Assembly: GCA_038087875.1 (NCBI GenBank)
Contig: CM075992.1
Coordinates: 9,860,001 to 9,924,000 of the forward strand
Direction of reading: 5' to 3'
DNA: 64,000 nucleotides
Source: Malacoraja senta
Taxonomy: Eukaryota
Both the position numbers and the translations under genes were made by a program. The notes under the pieces are model-generated. The model worked only from the letters and a program-made list of their open reading frames with translations. It searched no databases and was not told the origin of the DNA. Below, piece after piece: positions 51,892-62,922 of the stretch. The stretch's first letter is position 1, and each line of letters begins with the position of its first letter.

Positions 51892-53026
51892 TCAGAACAC
51901 AAGAAGAGACGCAACAAGAAAGAATGGACTGAATATATCTCATCTTTAACATTTAAATTGGGGTTATATTTTGAGACTTATTCACATTTTAAGCTTTAAT
52001 AACTCCCTTTTCCACTTGCCGTGCCCGTCAGCTGCGCCTGCGCAGTAATACCTGCCTGTTCTACGTCACAATAGCAACCCAATGGGTGGGAATGGCTGTG
52101 CTGCCAGAGAGCCACGAAGAGTGGATGGGGGGCGGGTTGAGGGGGGATGGAGTGAGTGCAGAATGCTCCCCCCACCCCCACCAGACCCCGACAGCTCTTG
52201 CCTTAACTCGCCCGGTTGCTGGACACTCTCCCACCCAACCAGCCCTCGACAGCCCCCGCCTGTAGCCATCCCACTCCCTCGGCTGTAGGACACACCCATC
52301 CCCCCCCCCCCCCACCAGTCCCCGACAGTCCCCGCCTGAAGCCGTCCCCCTCCTAGGGTGGAGGACGCTCCCCGGCCCCCGCCTGAAGCCGTCCCGTCCC
52401 CAGTTGCAGGATGCTCCCCCACCCACCTCGACAGCCACCGCTTGAAGCCGTCCCCCTCCCCAGCTGTAGGACACTACCCCCCTGGCCCCCGAAAGCCCCC
52501 TCCTAAAGTCGACCCCTCCCCCGCTGCAGGACGCTCCTCCCCACCGGACCCTGCCTGAAGCCGTCCCCAGCTGCAGATCCCTGCGCTGGGGGTGGGGACA
52601 GCTTCACGTGGGGCCCGGTGGTGGGGGGTGGAAACATCCTGCAGCAGGGGTGGGGGACGTCTTCTGGAGGGGGCTGTCCCACTCCCCGTCTGCTGGGCGC
52701 TCCCCCTTCCCCCTCCTGCCCCCGCCTGAATCCGTGCCCCCCCCACCCCCCACCCCCGGCTGCAGGCGCCCCTTCTCCCCCGGCTGCAGAACGCAACAAG
52801 AGATGCAACAAGAAAGAATGGACTGTATAAATCTCATCTTTAACATTTAAATTGCTGGTATATTTTACCAGTTATTCATATTTTAAGCTTTAATAAATCC
52901 CTTTCACACTTGCCCATCAGCTGCATGTTCTACGTCACAATGGGAACTCAATGGGTTGGAATGGCTGCGCCGCCGGAGAACCGCTAACAGTGGATGGGGG
53001 CAGTTGAGGGGGGATGGAGTGAGTGC
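51892..53026. repeat. Two diverged ~250-bp direct repeats separated by a C-rich minisatellite
   Basis: 51892-52160 and 52787-53026 share gcaacaagaaagaatggactg...atctcatctttaacatttaaattg...ttttaagctttaataa...gttctacgtcacaat...ggatggagtgagtgc; the spacer is built from cccgcctgaagccgtcccc units. Confidence 0.85.
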
Positions 53027-53223
53027 GTGGGGGTGGGGGGAGGGCAAGGGGTGGAGTGGGTGCAGGGGGGGTGAGGGCTGGAGGAGGGGATCAGGGGCGT
53101 CACAACGGGAACCCGTCAGCCGCGCCTGCGCAGTTAGGGGCTATGGATGAGAGGTGGAATATTGCGTTGGGGTATGGGTTGCATTGGGGGGAACGGGTGA
53201 GTGGTGGAATATTGCGTCAATAG

Positions 53224-53784
53224 CAAGAATAGATTTACACTACAACTGCAAAAGGACCTCTTTGCTCCTATACTCAGCTCCTCTTGTTATGAAGGTCAAA
53301 ATGCCTTTACCTTTCTTCACTGCCGGCTGTACCTGCATGCTTACTTTCAGTGACTGATGTACAAGGACACCTAGATCTCATTCTACTTCCCTTTTTCCTA
53401 ACTTGACACCATTCAGATAATAATCTGCCTTCCTGTTCTTGCCACCAAAGTGGATAACCTCACATTTATCCACTTTAAACTGCATCTGCCATGCATCTGC
53501 CCAGTCACCCAAACTGTCCAAGTCACCCTGCATCCTCATAGCATCCTCCTCACAGTTCACACTGTCACCCAGCTAGATGGGCCAAAGGGCATGTTTCAAT
53601 GCTGTAGACAATAGACAATAGAGAATAGACAATAGGTGCAAGATTAGGCCATTTGGACCTTTGAGCCAGCACCGCCATTCACTGTGATCATGGCTGATCA
53701 TCCACAATCAGTACCTCGTTCCTGCCTTCTGTCCATATCCCTTGACTCTGCTATCTTTAAGAGCTCTATGTAACTCTCTCTTGA
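53224..53784 (-). mobile_element. CR1 fragments (rest of unit B and 3' end of unit C)
   Basis: NCEEDAMRMQGDLDSLGDWADAWQMQF; same junction and tail as 50341-50420. Confidence 0.88.
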
Positions 53785-54853
53785 GTAGTGGGGGCGCCGT
53801 CGAGTATGGCTGCCCTGCCTGCAGCTGTTTGCCCTCTCACCCTTTTTTTATTTTTAGTGTGTTAAAAAGTTTTGTTTTGGAGTTCTAGTCTTTTTATGTG
53901 GGATGTGGGGGGGGGGGGGGACTGGAGCGGCGTTTCCTGCCGGGACTGGCCAGAACCTCAGCTTCGGCAGCGGCACAGCGCTGAAGCACCATCGTGGAGT
54001 GGGCGATGCCTTACCCGGGCTGCCGTGTGTTAAGCTCCAGAGTGCTGAGACCACCGACTCCAACATCGCGGAGCTGTCGTTGCGGAGCTTCCAGCCGCAG
54101 GCGGCTCTGACTTTAAACACTGCAGAGCCTGGGAACTTTTGCCGAGATCGCCAGTGTTGGAGCTCCGACCAGCACGGCCTGTGGACTTCGGGAGCCGTGG
54201 TCTCCGGGGAGGAAGAGGCCGTTCCAGACACTCCAAGCCACTGAGAGTGTTGTCCCGATGCCGGAGCTCCATAATACGGCGACAGGACCTGTAACATCGG
54301 GCCGCCATCACAGCGACTGCGGAGGCCTCAATAGGCCCGACCACGGGTGAACAAGAGGAAGAGGACTGGACTTTGTTGCCTCCCCTCACAGTGGGAACCA
54401 TTGTGGGGGGATTTTTTTATGTTTAATGTTAAATTTTACTTCGGAGTCACGTGAGTGACTACGTGAAGAGCCTGTCCAGCACGCATGCGTGACCTTAGCA
54501 TTCACGCAATGCAACAGCGACGAACGGGAGTACAAGGCGCTCCCGCTACAAGTTTTAAAAGAGGCACATCAGGTAAGTACTTACTCTTAGGTCGTAATAG
54601 CAAGCTTGCTCTGCTCTGTAATTCCAGGTAAAACTGGGAAAATGAGTAAAGCACGGCAAGCAAAGAAAACCGCCCCCCGTTCGACTCCAACAGAACCGGA
54701 GGGTCCCATCAGTGGGGGGCGAGAGGCGGCACCTGGACCGCTCATGCTGCGGTCCACCCTCATCGAGACCGAGCCGAGCCCAGTACCGCTAGCGCACCTG
54801 AGGAGCAGCAGCGGGCTGGAGGCAAATCAAGACAAAAAACAGGCCGGCCGGTT

Positions 54854-55885
54854 ATGTCTGACTCCGATGAGGAGGCTCCGCCTGAGAGCGGAAGGGGTAG
54901 CCGCCTGAGCCGAATGGAAAGGCTCATGGAGCAACTGCTCCAGCGAGACTTGCTTCGGGAGCTGGAGCAATCTCGCAAAGGGGGTTCAGGCACTCCCACA
55001 GCAGTGCCTTACAATGCACTGGCCATTGCTTCCCCATCAGCCGAGGGCAGCATTGGCGACCAGGACTGGGCTGGTCAGGAACAGGGGCCATTGGCTGAAG
55101 ATATCTGGAGTACGCTTGGGATACAGGACCAGGAAGAGCTGCTGGGTGTGGTGAATCGCTACCTGGCTACACCACGAGCAGGGTGGCCATTGGAGCCAAA
55201 ACTGGCGGCCAGCATTAACCACCTGTCCCTCAAACCCCTACAAGATCAGGTACTTAATGAGGCACTAGAAATCTACTTGCCTCCGGAGAACTGCAGTTCG
55301 CTTAATGTACCGGCCGTTAACAGCCAAATTTGGGGGTATGTTGGACAGAGTATCCGGAGCCAGGAGCTAAAATTACAATGCATTCTCAAGCTCCTGACAA
55401 CAGGGATAACATCCTATGCTCGTTCCGTGGATGGGGTGGATATGACCACAATCCAGCAAGACACTCTGGCTCTGCTGTGCAACACCCAATACGAGATCAA
55501 CAACCTCCGCAAGGAGATAATAAGACCTGCCCTCAATCCCAGGTATGCAGGACTGTGTAAAACACCGGCCTCAGAGCCACAGATCCTGTTATTCGAGAAG
55601 GACTTAAGAAAACAAGTAAAAGACCTGGAGGACGAGGCCAAAGCATTTGGCCTCATGAGGGCAGGCCCCGGAACGAGCAGACCCACACAACCCAGACGGC
55701 AGTACCCCACCGCGTCCACCAGTCGACGACAAACATTCAGGACTGGTGAAAGCTCGGGGTCCGCATTCCATCCCCGAAAGCCTTTTTTAGGCCAGGGCCC
55801 AGAGCGGACCCCATGGAAAATGCGCCACCCCCAACCAACAGGACATCCAGCAGTACAATGGCGGATGAAGAAACAGAAGCAATGA
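54854..55885 (+). CDS. DIRS-A ORF1, gag-like protein (343 aa; may originally have started at ATG 54642 with a frameshift)
   Basis: Long ORF in first position of the element; PENCSSLNVPAVNSQIW and NLRKEIIRPALNPRYAGLC...LLF segments resemble DIRS ORF1. The frame is open back to 54650; ATG 54642 is in another frame. Confidence 0.8.
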   Translation: MSDSDEEAPPESGRGSRLSRMERLMEQLLQRDLLRELEQSRKGGSGTPTAVPYNALAIASPSAEGSIGDQDWAGQEQGPLAEDIWSTLGIQDQEELLGVVNRYLATPRAGWPLEPKLAASINHLSLKPLQDQVLNEALEIYLPPENCSSLNVPAVNSQIWGYVGQSIRSQELKLQCILKLLTTGITSYARSVDGVDMTTIQQDTLALLCNTQYEINNLRKEIIRPALNPRYAGLCKTPASEPQILLFEKDLRKQVKDLEDEAKAFGLMRAGPGTSRPTQPRRQYPTASTSRRQTFRTGESSGSAFHPRKPFLGQGPERTPWKMRHPQPTGHPAVQWRMKKQKQ

Positions 55886-57832
55886 ACACTCCCATAACTA
55901 TGGAGGTAGGTGGGTCTGGTTCCTACCAGCATATAAAAAGTGGGGGGACTGTGCTAACAGGGGGGAGATTACACCTGTTCATTGAAGCATGGAGGTCTCT
56001 CACGAATGATAGTTATATACTTAACAGTATTCGGGGATACAAAATAGAGTTCATTCAAGAAAACATGCCACCAGTTCAGCACGTACCCCAAAGGGTCTTT
56101 ACCCTCTCAGTCAAAGAGAAACTAGAGGCTCAAGCAGAGCTGGTGAGGTTACTTACAAAGGGTGTCATTGAGAAATCCAAGCATGAACCTTTGGAATTTG
56201 TCTCAAATATATTTACCAAAAGCAAAAAAGATGGTGGATGTCGCATCATCATTGACTTAACCTCGCTAAAACCTTTGTTAAGTATGTACATTTCAAAATG
56301 GAAACATTTGTAACTGCCAAGCAACTGATTTCCAAAGGATACTTTATGGCAAGCATTGATTTAAAAGATGCCTACTATTCAGTACCCATTCATAAGGGTC
56401 ATCGCAGATATCTGAAATTTACCTGGATGGAGCAACTATGGCAGTATAAAGCATTGCCTAATGGGTTAACATCAGCTCCTAGACTATTTACCAAGATATT
56501 AAAACCAGCCTTGGCAACATTAAGAAAACAAAGACATATTGTCATGGCATATCTTGATGATATCCTAATAGTAGGCAAAACCATGGAGTTGGCTAAATCA
56601 GCTGTATTAGCTACCAAACAATTGTTTGAATCCTGGGATTTGTCATACATCCAGATAAATCTAAGTTGACGCCATCCACAACTATGGACTATCTGGGATT
56701 CACAATTAACTCAGTCCACATGTCTGTAATGTTGCCAAAAGGTAAAGCAGCAGAATTGGCACAGACGTGCAACAATTTAATGGTTAGCAATCGACCAACC
56801 ATCCGACAAGAGGCAAGAGTAATTGGCAAAATGGTAGCAGCATTTCCAGCTACACAATTTGGACCCCTGCACTATCAGAACCTACAAAGGGCAAAAGGAC
56901 AGGCGTTGAAACGAAATGCAGGTCACTTTGACCGAACCATGAAATTACCCATTGAAGCAATATCAGAGTTACAATGGTGGATAGAGCACATTTGGCATAG
57001 TTCCAGCCCTATCATCATCAATAACCCAACATTAATTATACAAACAGATGCCAGTGCTCAAGGCTGGGGAGCAACTAATACCATATCCAGCGCAGGTGGT
57101 AGATGGACTAACCTAGAATCATCTTTACTACAAACACTGGGCATAAATTACTTGGAAATGTTGGGTGCGTTTTATGGTTTAAAGGCATATTCTACGGATA
57201 TGCACCATTTGCATGTTCGTTTACAAATGGATAATACCACGGTGGTGGCCTACATTAACCATTTGGGCGGAATAAAATCGATATCATGTGACAATTTGGT
57301 CAACAAAATCTGGCAATAGTGTGTCGATAGACATATTTGGCTGTCAGCAACTTACCTACCAGGTAAGCTAAATACAGTGGCAGACACCAGGTCACGCAAA
57401 TTCAATGATAACACTGAATGGATGTTAAATCCTAGAGCTTTTGCTAAAATTACAAAGCGATATGGCACACCAGATATCGATCTCTTTGCATCCAGACTAA
57501 ATCACCAGGTACCAATGTATGTCGCTTGGGAACCAGACCCTGAGGCAGCAGCGGTAGATGCATTTGCGCTGAACTGGGGAAACTATTTATTTTATGCTTT
57601 TCCCCCCTTCTGCCTCATCAGTAGGGTACTATGCAAAATACAGATGGACTCCGCTTCAGGTATTTTGATAGTACCCGACTGGCCTACACAGCCATGATTC
57701 CCAGTGGTCCTCGACATGGTCATTGAAACTCCTATGACCTTCCCCAGTAGCCCAGACCTATTGACTCACCCGGTATCAGGCATATGTCATCCATGCCATG
57801 ACAAAATTAACCTACTGGGTTGCAGGTTATGA
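55882..57832 (+). pseudogene. DIRS-A pol: reverse transcriptase - RNase H - Dam-like methyltransferase domain, disrupted
   Basis: RT motifs GGRL, KKDGGCRIIIDL, SIDLKDAYY, LPNGLTSAPRLFTK, AYLDDILI; RNase H TDASAQGWG, INYLEM, DNTTVVAYIN; MT domain DLFAS...DAF...YAFPPF...VPDWPTQP. Lesions: apparent 1-nt deletions near 56268 and 56633, TAG at 57317-57319 and TGA at 57695-57697 at probable Trp codons. The frame ends LLGCRL-TGA at 57832. Confidence 0.92.
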
Positions 57833-58806
57833 AAAGACCACTGCTGGGCCTGGGGTTGACTGACAGGACCATCAACACGATGACAGTGTCCCACCGTATG
57901 TCCACCAGGAAACAATACCTATCGAGCATCAGGAAGTGGGAAAGATACTGCTCGACTACTGGGACAACGTACTCATCTGCAACCATAACCAATGTACTGG
58001 AGTTCCTGGCTGGCATTCACCATAATGAAGGATTGAGCTACAGCGCCATCAATACTGCCAGAAGTGCTCTGTCAGCCTATTTAAAACAAGTACCGGGACA
58101 ACAGGCTATAGGGTCTCACCCGCTGGTGATTAAACTCATGAGGGGTATTTTCAACTCTAACCCCCCTAGACCTAGATACACCAGAATCTGGGATGTCAGT
58201 GTGGTCCTGACATATCTAAGGGGATGGTCACCAGCCAGGTCTCTCACTCTGGAACAGCTAACCCTGAAAATGGTGATGCTGATGGCACTAGTCTCAGCAC
58301 TAAGAGTTCAGTCCCTCCACTTACTGCGACTGGACAACATGGTTATAACACCAGACCGGGTCTCATTCACCATTCAGGAGCTGGTAAAGCAGAGCAGGCC
58401 AGGAACTTCAGGCCTAGTTATGGATTTCCGGGCATACCCACCTGACCCGCGGTTGTGTGTCATGACTCACCTACTGACTTACATCAACACAACAAGAGAT
58501 TCCAAAGGGAGAGAAAAAGCCTTATGGGTCAGCCACAAGCAACCACATGGTCGGGTGTCGAGCCAAACCATCTCAAGGTGGCTAAAGCAGGTACTTGGAG
58601 CTGCTGGAGTAGATACTGACGTATATACATCTCACTCCACTAGGGCAGCATCTACATCGGCGGCTAAAAGGATGAACGTACCACTGAACCACATCCTGGC
58701 TACAGCGGGGTGGTCCATGGAGAAAACGTTCCAAACGTTCTACAACAAGCCGCTAGCAGAACCTGTGTTATTTGCAGAAAGAATTTTAGAATCTGCAAAT
58801 ATATAA
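57829..58806 (+). CDS. DIRS-A tyrosine recombinase (YR), 325 aa, uninterrupted
   Basis: N-terminal domain (LSYSAINTARSALS, HPLVIKLMRGIFN); candidate catalytic residues R (ALRVQS), K (LVKQSR), HxxR (SHSTRA), W (AGWS), Y (FQTFYN). Confidence 0.92.
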   Translation: MKRPLLGLGLTDRTINTMTVSHRMSTRKQYLSSIRKWERYCSTTGTTYSSATITNVLEFLAGIHHNEGLSYSAINTARSALSAYLKQVPGQQAIGSHPLVIKLMRGIFNSNPPRPRYTRIWDVSVVLTYLRGWSPARSLTLEQLTLKMVMLMALVSALRVQSLHLLRLDNMVITPDRVSFTIQELVKQSRPGTSGLVMDFRAYPPDPRLCVMTHLLTYINTTRDSKGREKALWVSHKQPHGRVSSQTISRWLKQVLGAAGVDTDVYTSHSTRAASTSAAKRMNVPLNHILATAGWSMEKTFQTFYNKPLAEPVLFAERILESANI

Positions 58807-58973
58807 TTTAAGCCCGGGGGAGCATTTTTCTTTAGTTATTGTTTAATAAATACCATTATTATTTACAAACAGATTCATGGTTGATTACGATAACATACTT
58901 CCTCCCTTGAATGACTTCGGCAGTGAGTGAAGTATGAACTGTTACACGGTTTGAAATCACAGAGCTTTAAAAT

Positions 58974-59085
58974 CTTCACGTAGTCACTCATGTGACTCCG
59001 AAGTAAAATAGTAAGATTAAACGAAAACTTACCAGTTTGAAGTTTGATCTGTATTTTATGAGGAGTTACGATGAGGGATTACGTG
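58974..59085 (+). repeat. DIRS-A internal complementary region (ICR)
   Basis: 58974-59009 is the reverse complement of 54433-54468 (1 mismatch); 59007-59085 is the reverse complement of 59225-59303 (1 mismatch). Confidence 0.95.
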
Positions 59086-59408
59086 CCCTCCGCTCCCACC
59101 CTCAATTATAGAGATCAACTGGTATCTTAGTTCTCCTTTTCTTTATTATGTTTATTTCAATTGTTGTGTTTCCTGTGATTCCACACCGCTGCTTTGAAGA
59201 ATGTTGCGTGCTGGACGGGCTCTTCACGTAATCCCTCATCGTAACTCCTCATAAAATACAGATCAAACTTCAAACTGGTAAGTTCTCGTTTAATCTTACT
59301 ATTCTTTAATGTTGTGTTTTATTTTTATTGGTGTGCTGCAAATTGCAAATCAAATTTCACTACACCAATTGGTGTATGTGACAATAAATGTCCTTTGCCT
59401 TTGTCTTG

Positions 59409-60735
59409 TCTTGAAAGCAAAGAGAGAATCGGCCTCCACTGCCTTCTGAGGCAGAGAATTCCACAGATTCACAACTCTCTGGGTGAAAATGTTTTTCCTT
59501 ACCTCTGTTCTTAATGGCCTACCCCTTATTCTTAAACTGTGGCCCCTGATTCTGCATTCCTCAGCATTGGGAACATGTTTCCTGCCTCTAGCTTGTCCAA
59601 CCCCTTAATAATCTTATATATTTCAATAAGATATCCTCTCATCCTTCTAAATTCCAGTATACAAGCCCAGCCACTCCATTCTTTCAAAATATGAGAGTCC
59701 AGCCATCTCGGGAATTAACCTCATGAACCTACGCTGCACTCCCTCAATAGCAAGAATGTCCTTCCTCATATTTGGAGACCAAAACTGCACACAATACTCC
59801 AGGTGTGGTCTCACAAGGGCCCTGTACAACTGCAGAAGGACCTCTGTGCTCCTATACTCAGCTCCTCTTGTTATGAAGGTCAACATGCTTTAGCTTTCTT
59901 CACTGCCTGCTGTACCTGCATGCTTACTTTTAGTGACTGATGTTCAAGGACATCCAGATCTCGTTGTACTTCCCCTTTCCTAACCTGACGCCATTCAGAT
60001 AATAACCTGCCTTCGAAGTAGATAACCTCACATTTATCCACATTAAACTTCATCTGCCATGCATCTGCCCGTTCACCCAACCTGTCCAAGTCACCCTACA
60101 TCATAGCATCCTCCTCACACTTCACACTGCCACCCAGCTTTGTGTTATCTGCAAATTTGCTAATGTTAATTTTAATCACTTCATCTAAATCATTAATGTA
60201 CATTGTAATTAGCTGCAGTCCCAGCACCGAGCCTTGCGGTACCCCAGTAGATACTGCCTGCCATTCTGAAAGGGACCCGTTAATCCCTACTCTTTGTTTC
60301 CTGTCGCCCAACCAATTTTCTATCCATGTCAGTACCCTACCACCAACACCATATGTTCTAATTTTGCCCACTAATCTCCTATGTGGGACCTTATCAAAGG
60401 CTTTCTGAAAGTCCAGTTACACTACATCCACTGGCTCTCCCTTGTCCATTTTCCTAGTTACATCCTCAAAAAATTCCAGAAGATTAGTCAAGCATAAATT
60501 TCCCTTTGTTGTTCCCATGCTGACATGGACCGATCCTGTTACTGCTATCCAAATGTGTTGCTATTTCATCTTTTATAATTGACTCCAGCATCTTCCCCAG
60601 GCTAACTGGTCTAGAATTCCCTGTTTTCTCTCTCCTGCCTTTCTTAAAAAGTGGGATAACATTAGCTACCTGCCAATCCACAGGATCTGATCCTGAATCC
60701 TTTGAACATTAGAAAAATGATCACCAATGCGTCCT
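59409..60735 (-). mobile_element. CR1 LINE (continuation of unit C after the nested insertions)
   Basis: [40 protein letters not shown]; resumes at tcttga|aagcaaa where 53784 stopped. Confidence 0.92.
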
Positions 60736-62627
60736 TTTAAACTAAACTAAACTTCAGAGTAATGCAACGTTAACGTTTGGTCTATTTTGCCCGTGTCAGT
60801 AACCAAAGGAAAGTGATTTCAAGTTCAGGAGAAACCGTTACCATGATCGGTAGAGTGGCGCAACGGGTAGAGCCCGGGTTCCATCCTGACATCGGGTGCT
60901 GTCTGTATGGAGTTTGCACGTTCTCCCTGTGGTGTTCCTCTGGGTGCTCCGGTTTCTTCCAACATCCCAAAGAGGTTTGGGGTTGTCGGTTAATTGGCCC
61001 TCTGTAAATTGTCCTTAGTGTGTAGGGAGTGGATGTGAAAGTGAGATAACGCAGAACTAGTGTGAATGGGTGATTGATGGTTAGCGTGGGCCGAAGGGCT
61101 TGTTTCTCTGTTGATTCACTAAACTAAACTAAAGCAAACTAATTTCTAAACCAGAAAGTTATTTGTATGAGAAAAGTTGCAACACGTACCATGTATCTTT
61201 ATCATGATTTGCAACAAATAGACATCATCTACTTTTAATTCAGTGTCACTTAATTCAACTGCACAGACAGGAAATCAGTTACCGCGTTGCTCAATCTTTT
61301 CAGCAACTATCTCAAATCATCGCGCTGCCTACCACCTCCCATAGAGTCGTAGAGTGATACAGCACGGAAACAGGCCCTTCGGCCTAACTTGCCCACACCG
61401 CCCAAGATATCCCAGCTACATTAGTCCTACCTGCCTGCATTTAGCCCATATTCTTCCAAACCTGTCCTATCCATGCACCTGTCTAACTGTTTCTTAAATG
61501 TTGGGATGGTCCCTGCTTCAACTACCTCCTCTGACAGCTTGCTCCATACACCCACCACCCTTTGCAACGAAACGTTACGCCTCAGATTCCTATTTAATCT
61601 TTTCCCCTTTACCTTAAACCTGTTTCCTCTGGTCCTCCCGCCTAAAGATTGTGCATTTATCAATTTAAAGATACACAGGTCTGGCTAAACCTCTCCATGT
61701 TGCAAAACATCCCATAATCCAATAACTTTCTCCAGACGTGGAGGACCAATCTCGCAAGCCTGACAAACCCAGATGTTTAACGGAGATGCCCGAGATATGG
61801 TTACTCTGGCAGCGTGAAGAGACCCCAACCGGAAACACACTAAAAACACTGACTGCCACCAAGCTCCCTTCCCCGCCTTTACCAACTATAAAGGCTGCGA
61901 GGCATTGTAATTATCTTTATATGTATTGCAGTTCAAAATTTATCTTACAAACCTGTACGTCTTTGGAATGTGGGAGAAAACTGGAGCTCCGGAGAAAACC
62001 CACGCGATCACGGGGAGAACGTACAAACTCCGCACAGACAGCACCCGTAGTCAGGATCGAAACCGGGACTGTGGCGCTGTGAGGCAGTAACTCCACTGCT
62101 GTGCCACTGTGTTTGTGTTTGCTGTACACAGATCTTCATGAGTATTCCTCCTTTCTCTGAATCCCTTGACTCCCGGCACAAGTCCGCCTGAAATTTAGGT
62201 GGCTGCGCCATCAAGCCGCCTGTAAAATCAACTAATTTACCTAAAACTAATTACATTTATAACTTTTAAACTTTGCCTCCCTATAAATCTCAACTGAAAT
62301 AATTTGGCCTTGGACCCAGTGCCTGGAGTTTCGTGATGTGGGCTCCAAGACGTGGTTCCCTGGCGTGAAGCTGGAGGGTCTCAGCAAGGTTGGTCTCTTC
62401 AACTCAAAGTTCAGGTCTTGCTCCTGTTTAAATGGCTAACAACAGAAAAAGCCATTTGATGTAGATCATTCCTCTTGGAATTAGCAAGATTCTGCCTATT
62501 TCTTGACATTTTTACACAGTGGAAGTTTGCTGTGTGCAAATTGTCAGACATTTCGCTAGTTACCACATTTCACCAGTATTGCACTAGCAACAAAAGTGCT
62601 TTGGGATAAGTAGGGGGTGCTTTGGGA

Positions 62628-62922
62628 CGGCACGGCATGGCGGCGCAGCATTAGAGTTGCTGCCTCACAGCGCCTGAGACCCGGGTTCAATCCTGACTAT
62701 GGGTGCTGTCTGTACGGAGTTTGCAGTTCTCCCAATGACTGTCTGAGTTTTCTCCGGGTCCTCAAGTTTCCTCCCACATCCCAAAGATGTACAGGTTTGT
62801 AGGTTAATTGGCTTGGTAACATTGTAAATTGTCCCGAGTGTGTAGGATAGTGTTAATGTGCGGGGATCGCTGGCCGGCGCGGACTCGGTGGGCCGAAGGA
62901 CATGTTTCGGCGCTGTATCTCT
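62628..62922 (+). mobile_element. tRNA-derived V-SINE (HE1-like)
   Basis: Same consensus with A/B boxes and the gggccgaagg tail. Confidence 0.85.

Larger units (their letters stand above)
54433..59303 (+). mobile_element. Full-length DIRS-type tyrosine-recombinase retrotransposon (DIRS-A), recently inactivated
   Basis: gag-like, RT/RNase H/MT and YR ORFs. Short ITRs at 54460-54485 and 59205-59230. Internal complementary region 58974-59085 is the reverse complement of the joined right (59225-59303) and left (54433-54468) termini. ATT at both ends. Confidence 0.97.
53785..59408 (+). mobile_element. Unclassified ~750-bp non-coding element with a Rex/Babar-like tail (53785-54432 + 59304-59408), interrupted by DIRS-A
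   Basis: Interrupts CR1 with TCTTGA on both sides (53779-53784, 59409-59414); ends atttcactacacc...tgtgacaataaa plus short ctttg/tcttg repeats; GC-rich body without a credible ORF. Confidence 0.65.

Noticed and set aside
55414..55932. 172-aa antisense ORF in DIRS-A gag
   Set aside because: Consistent with a shadow ORF of GC-rich coding sequence; no motif and no counterpart seen in DIRS-B.
57317..57697. APOBEC-type hypermutation (two TGG codons turned to stops)
   Set aside because: Two events are too few; Trp codons are common sources of nonsense transitions, and no consensus is available to test for G-to-A bias.
57820..58806. Phage integrase / bacterial contamination or horizontal transfer
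   Set aside because: It is the YR of a DIRS element with ITR/ICR structure, nested in vertebrate repeats.
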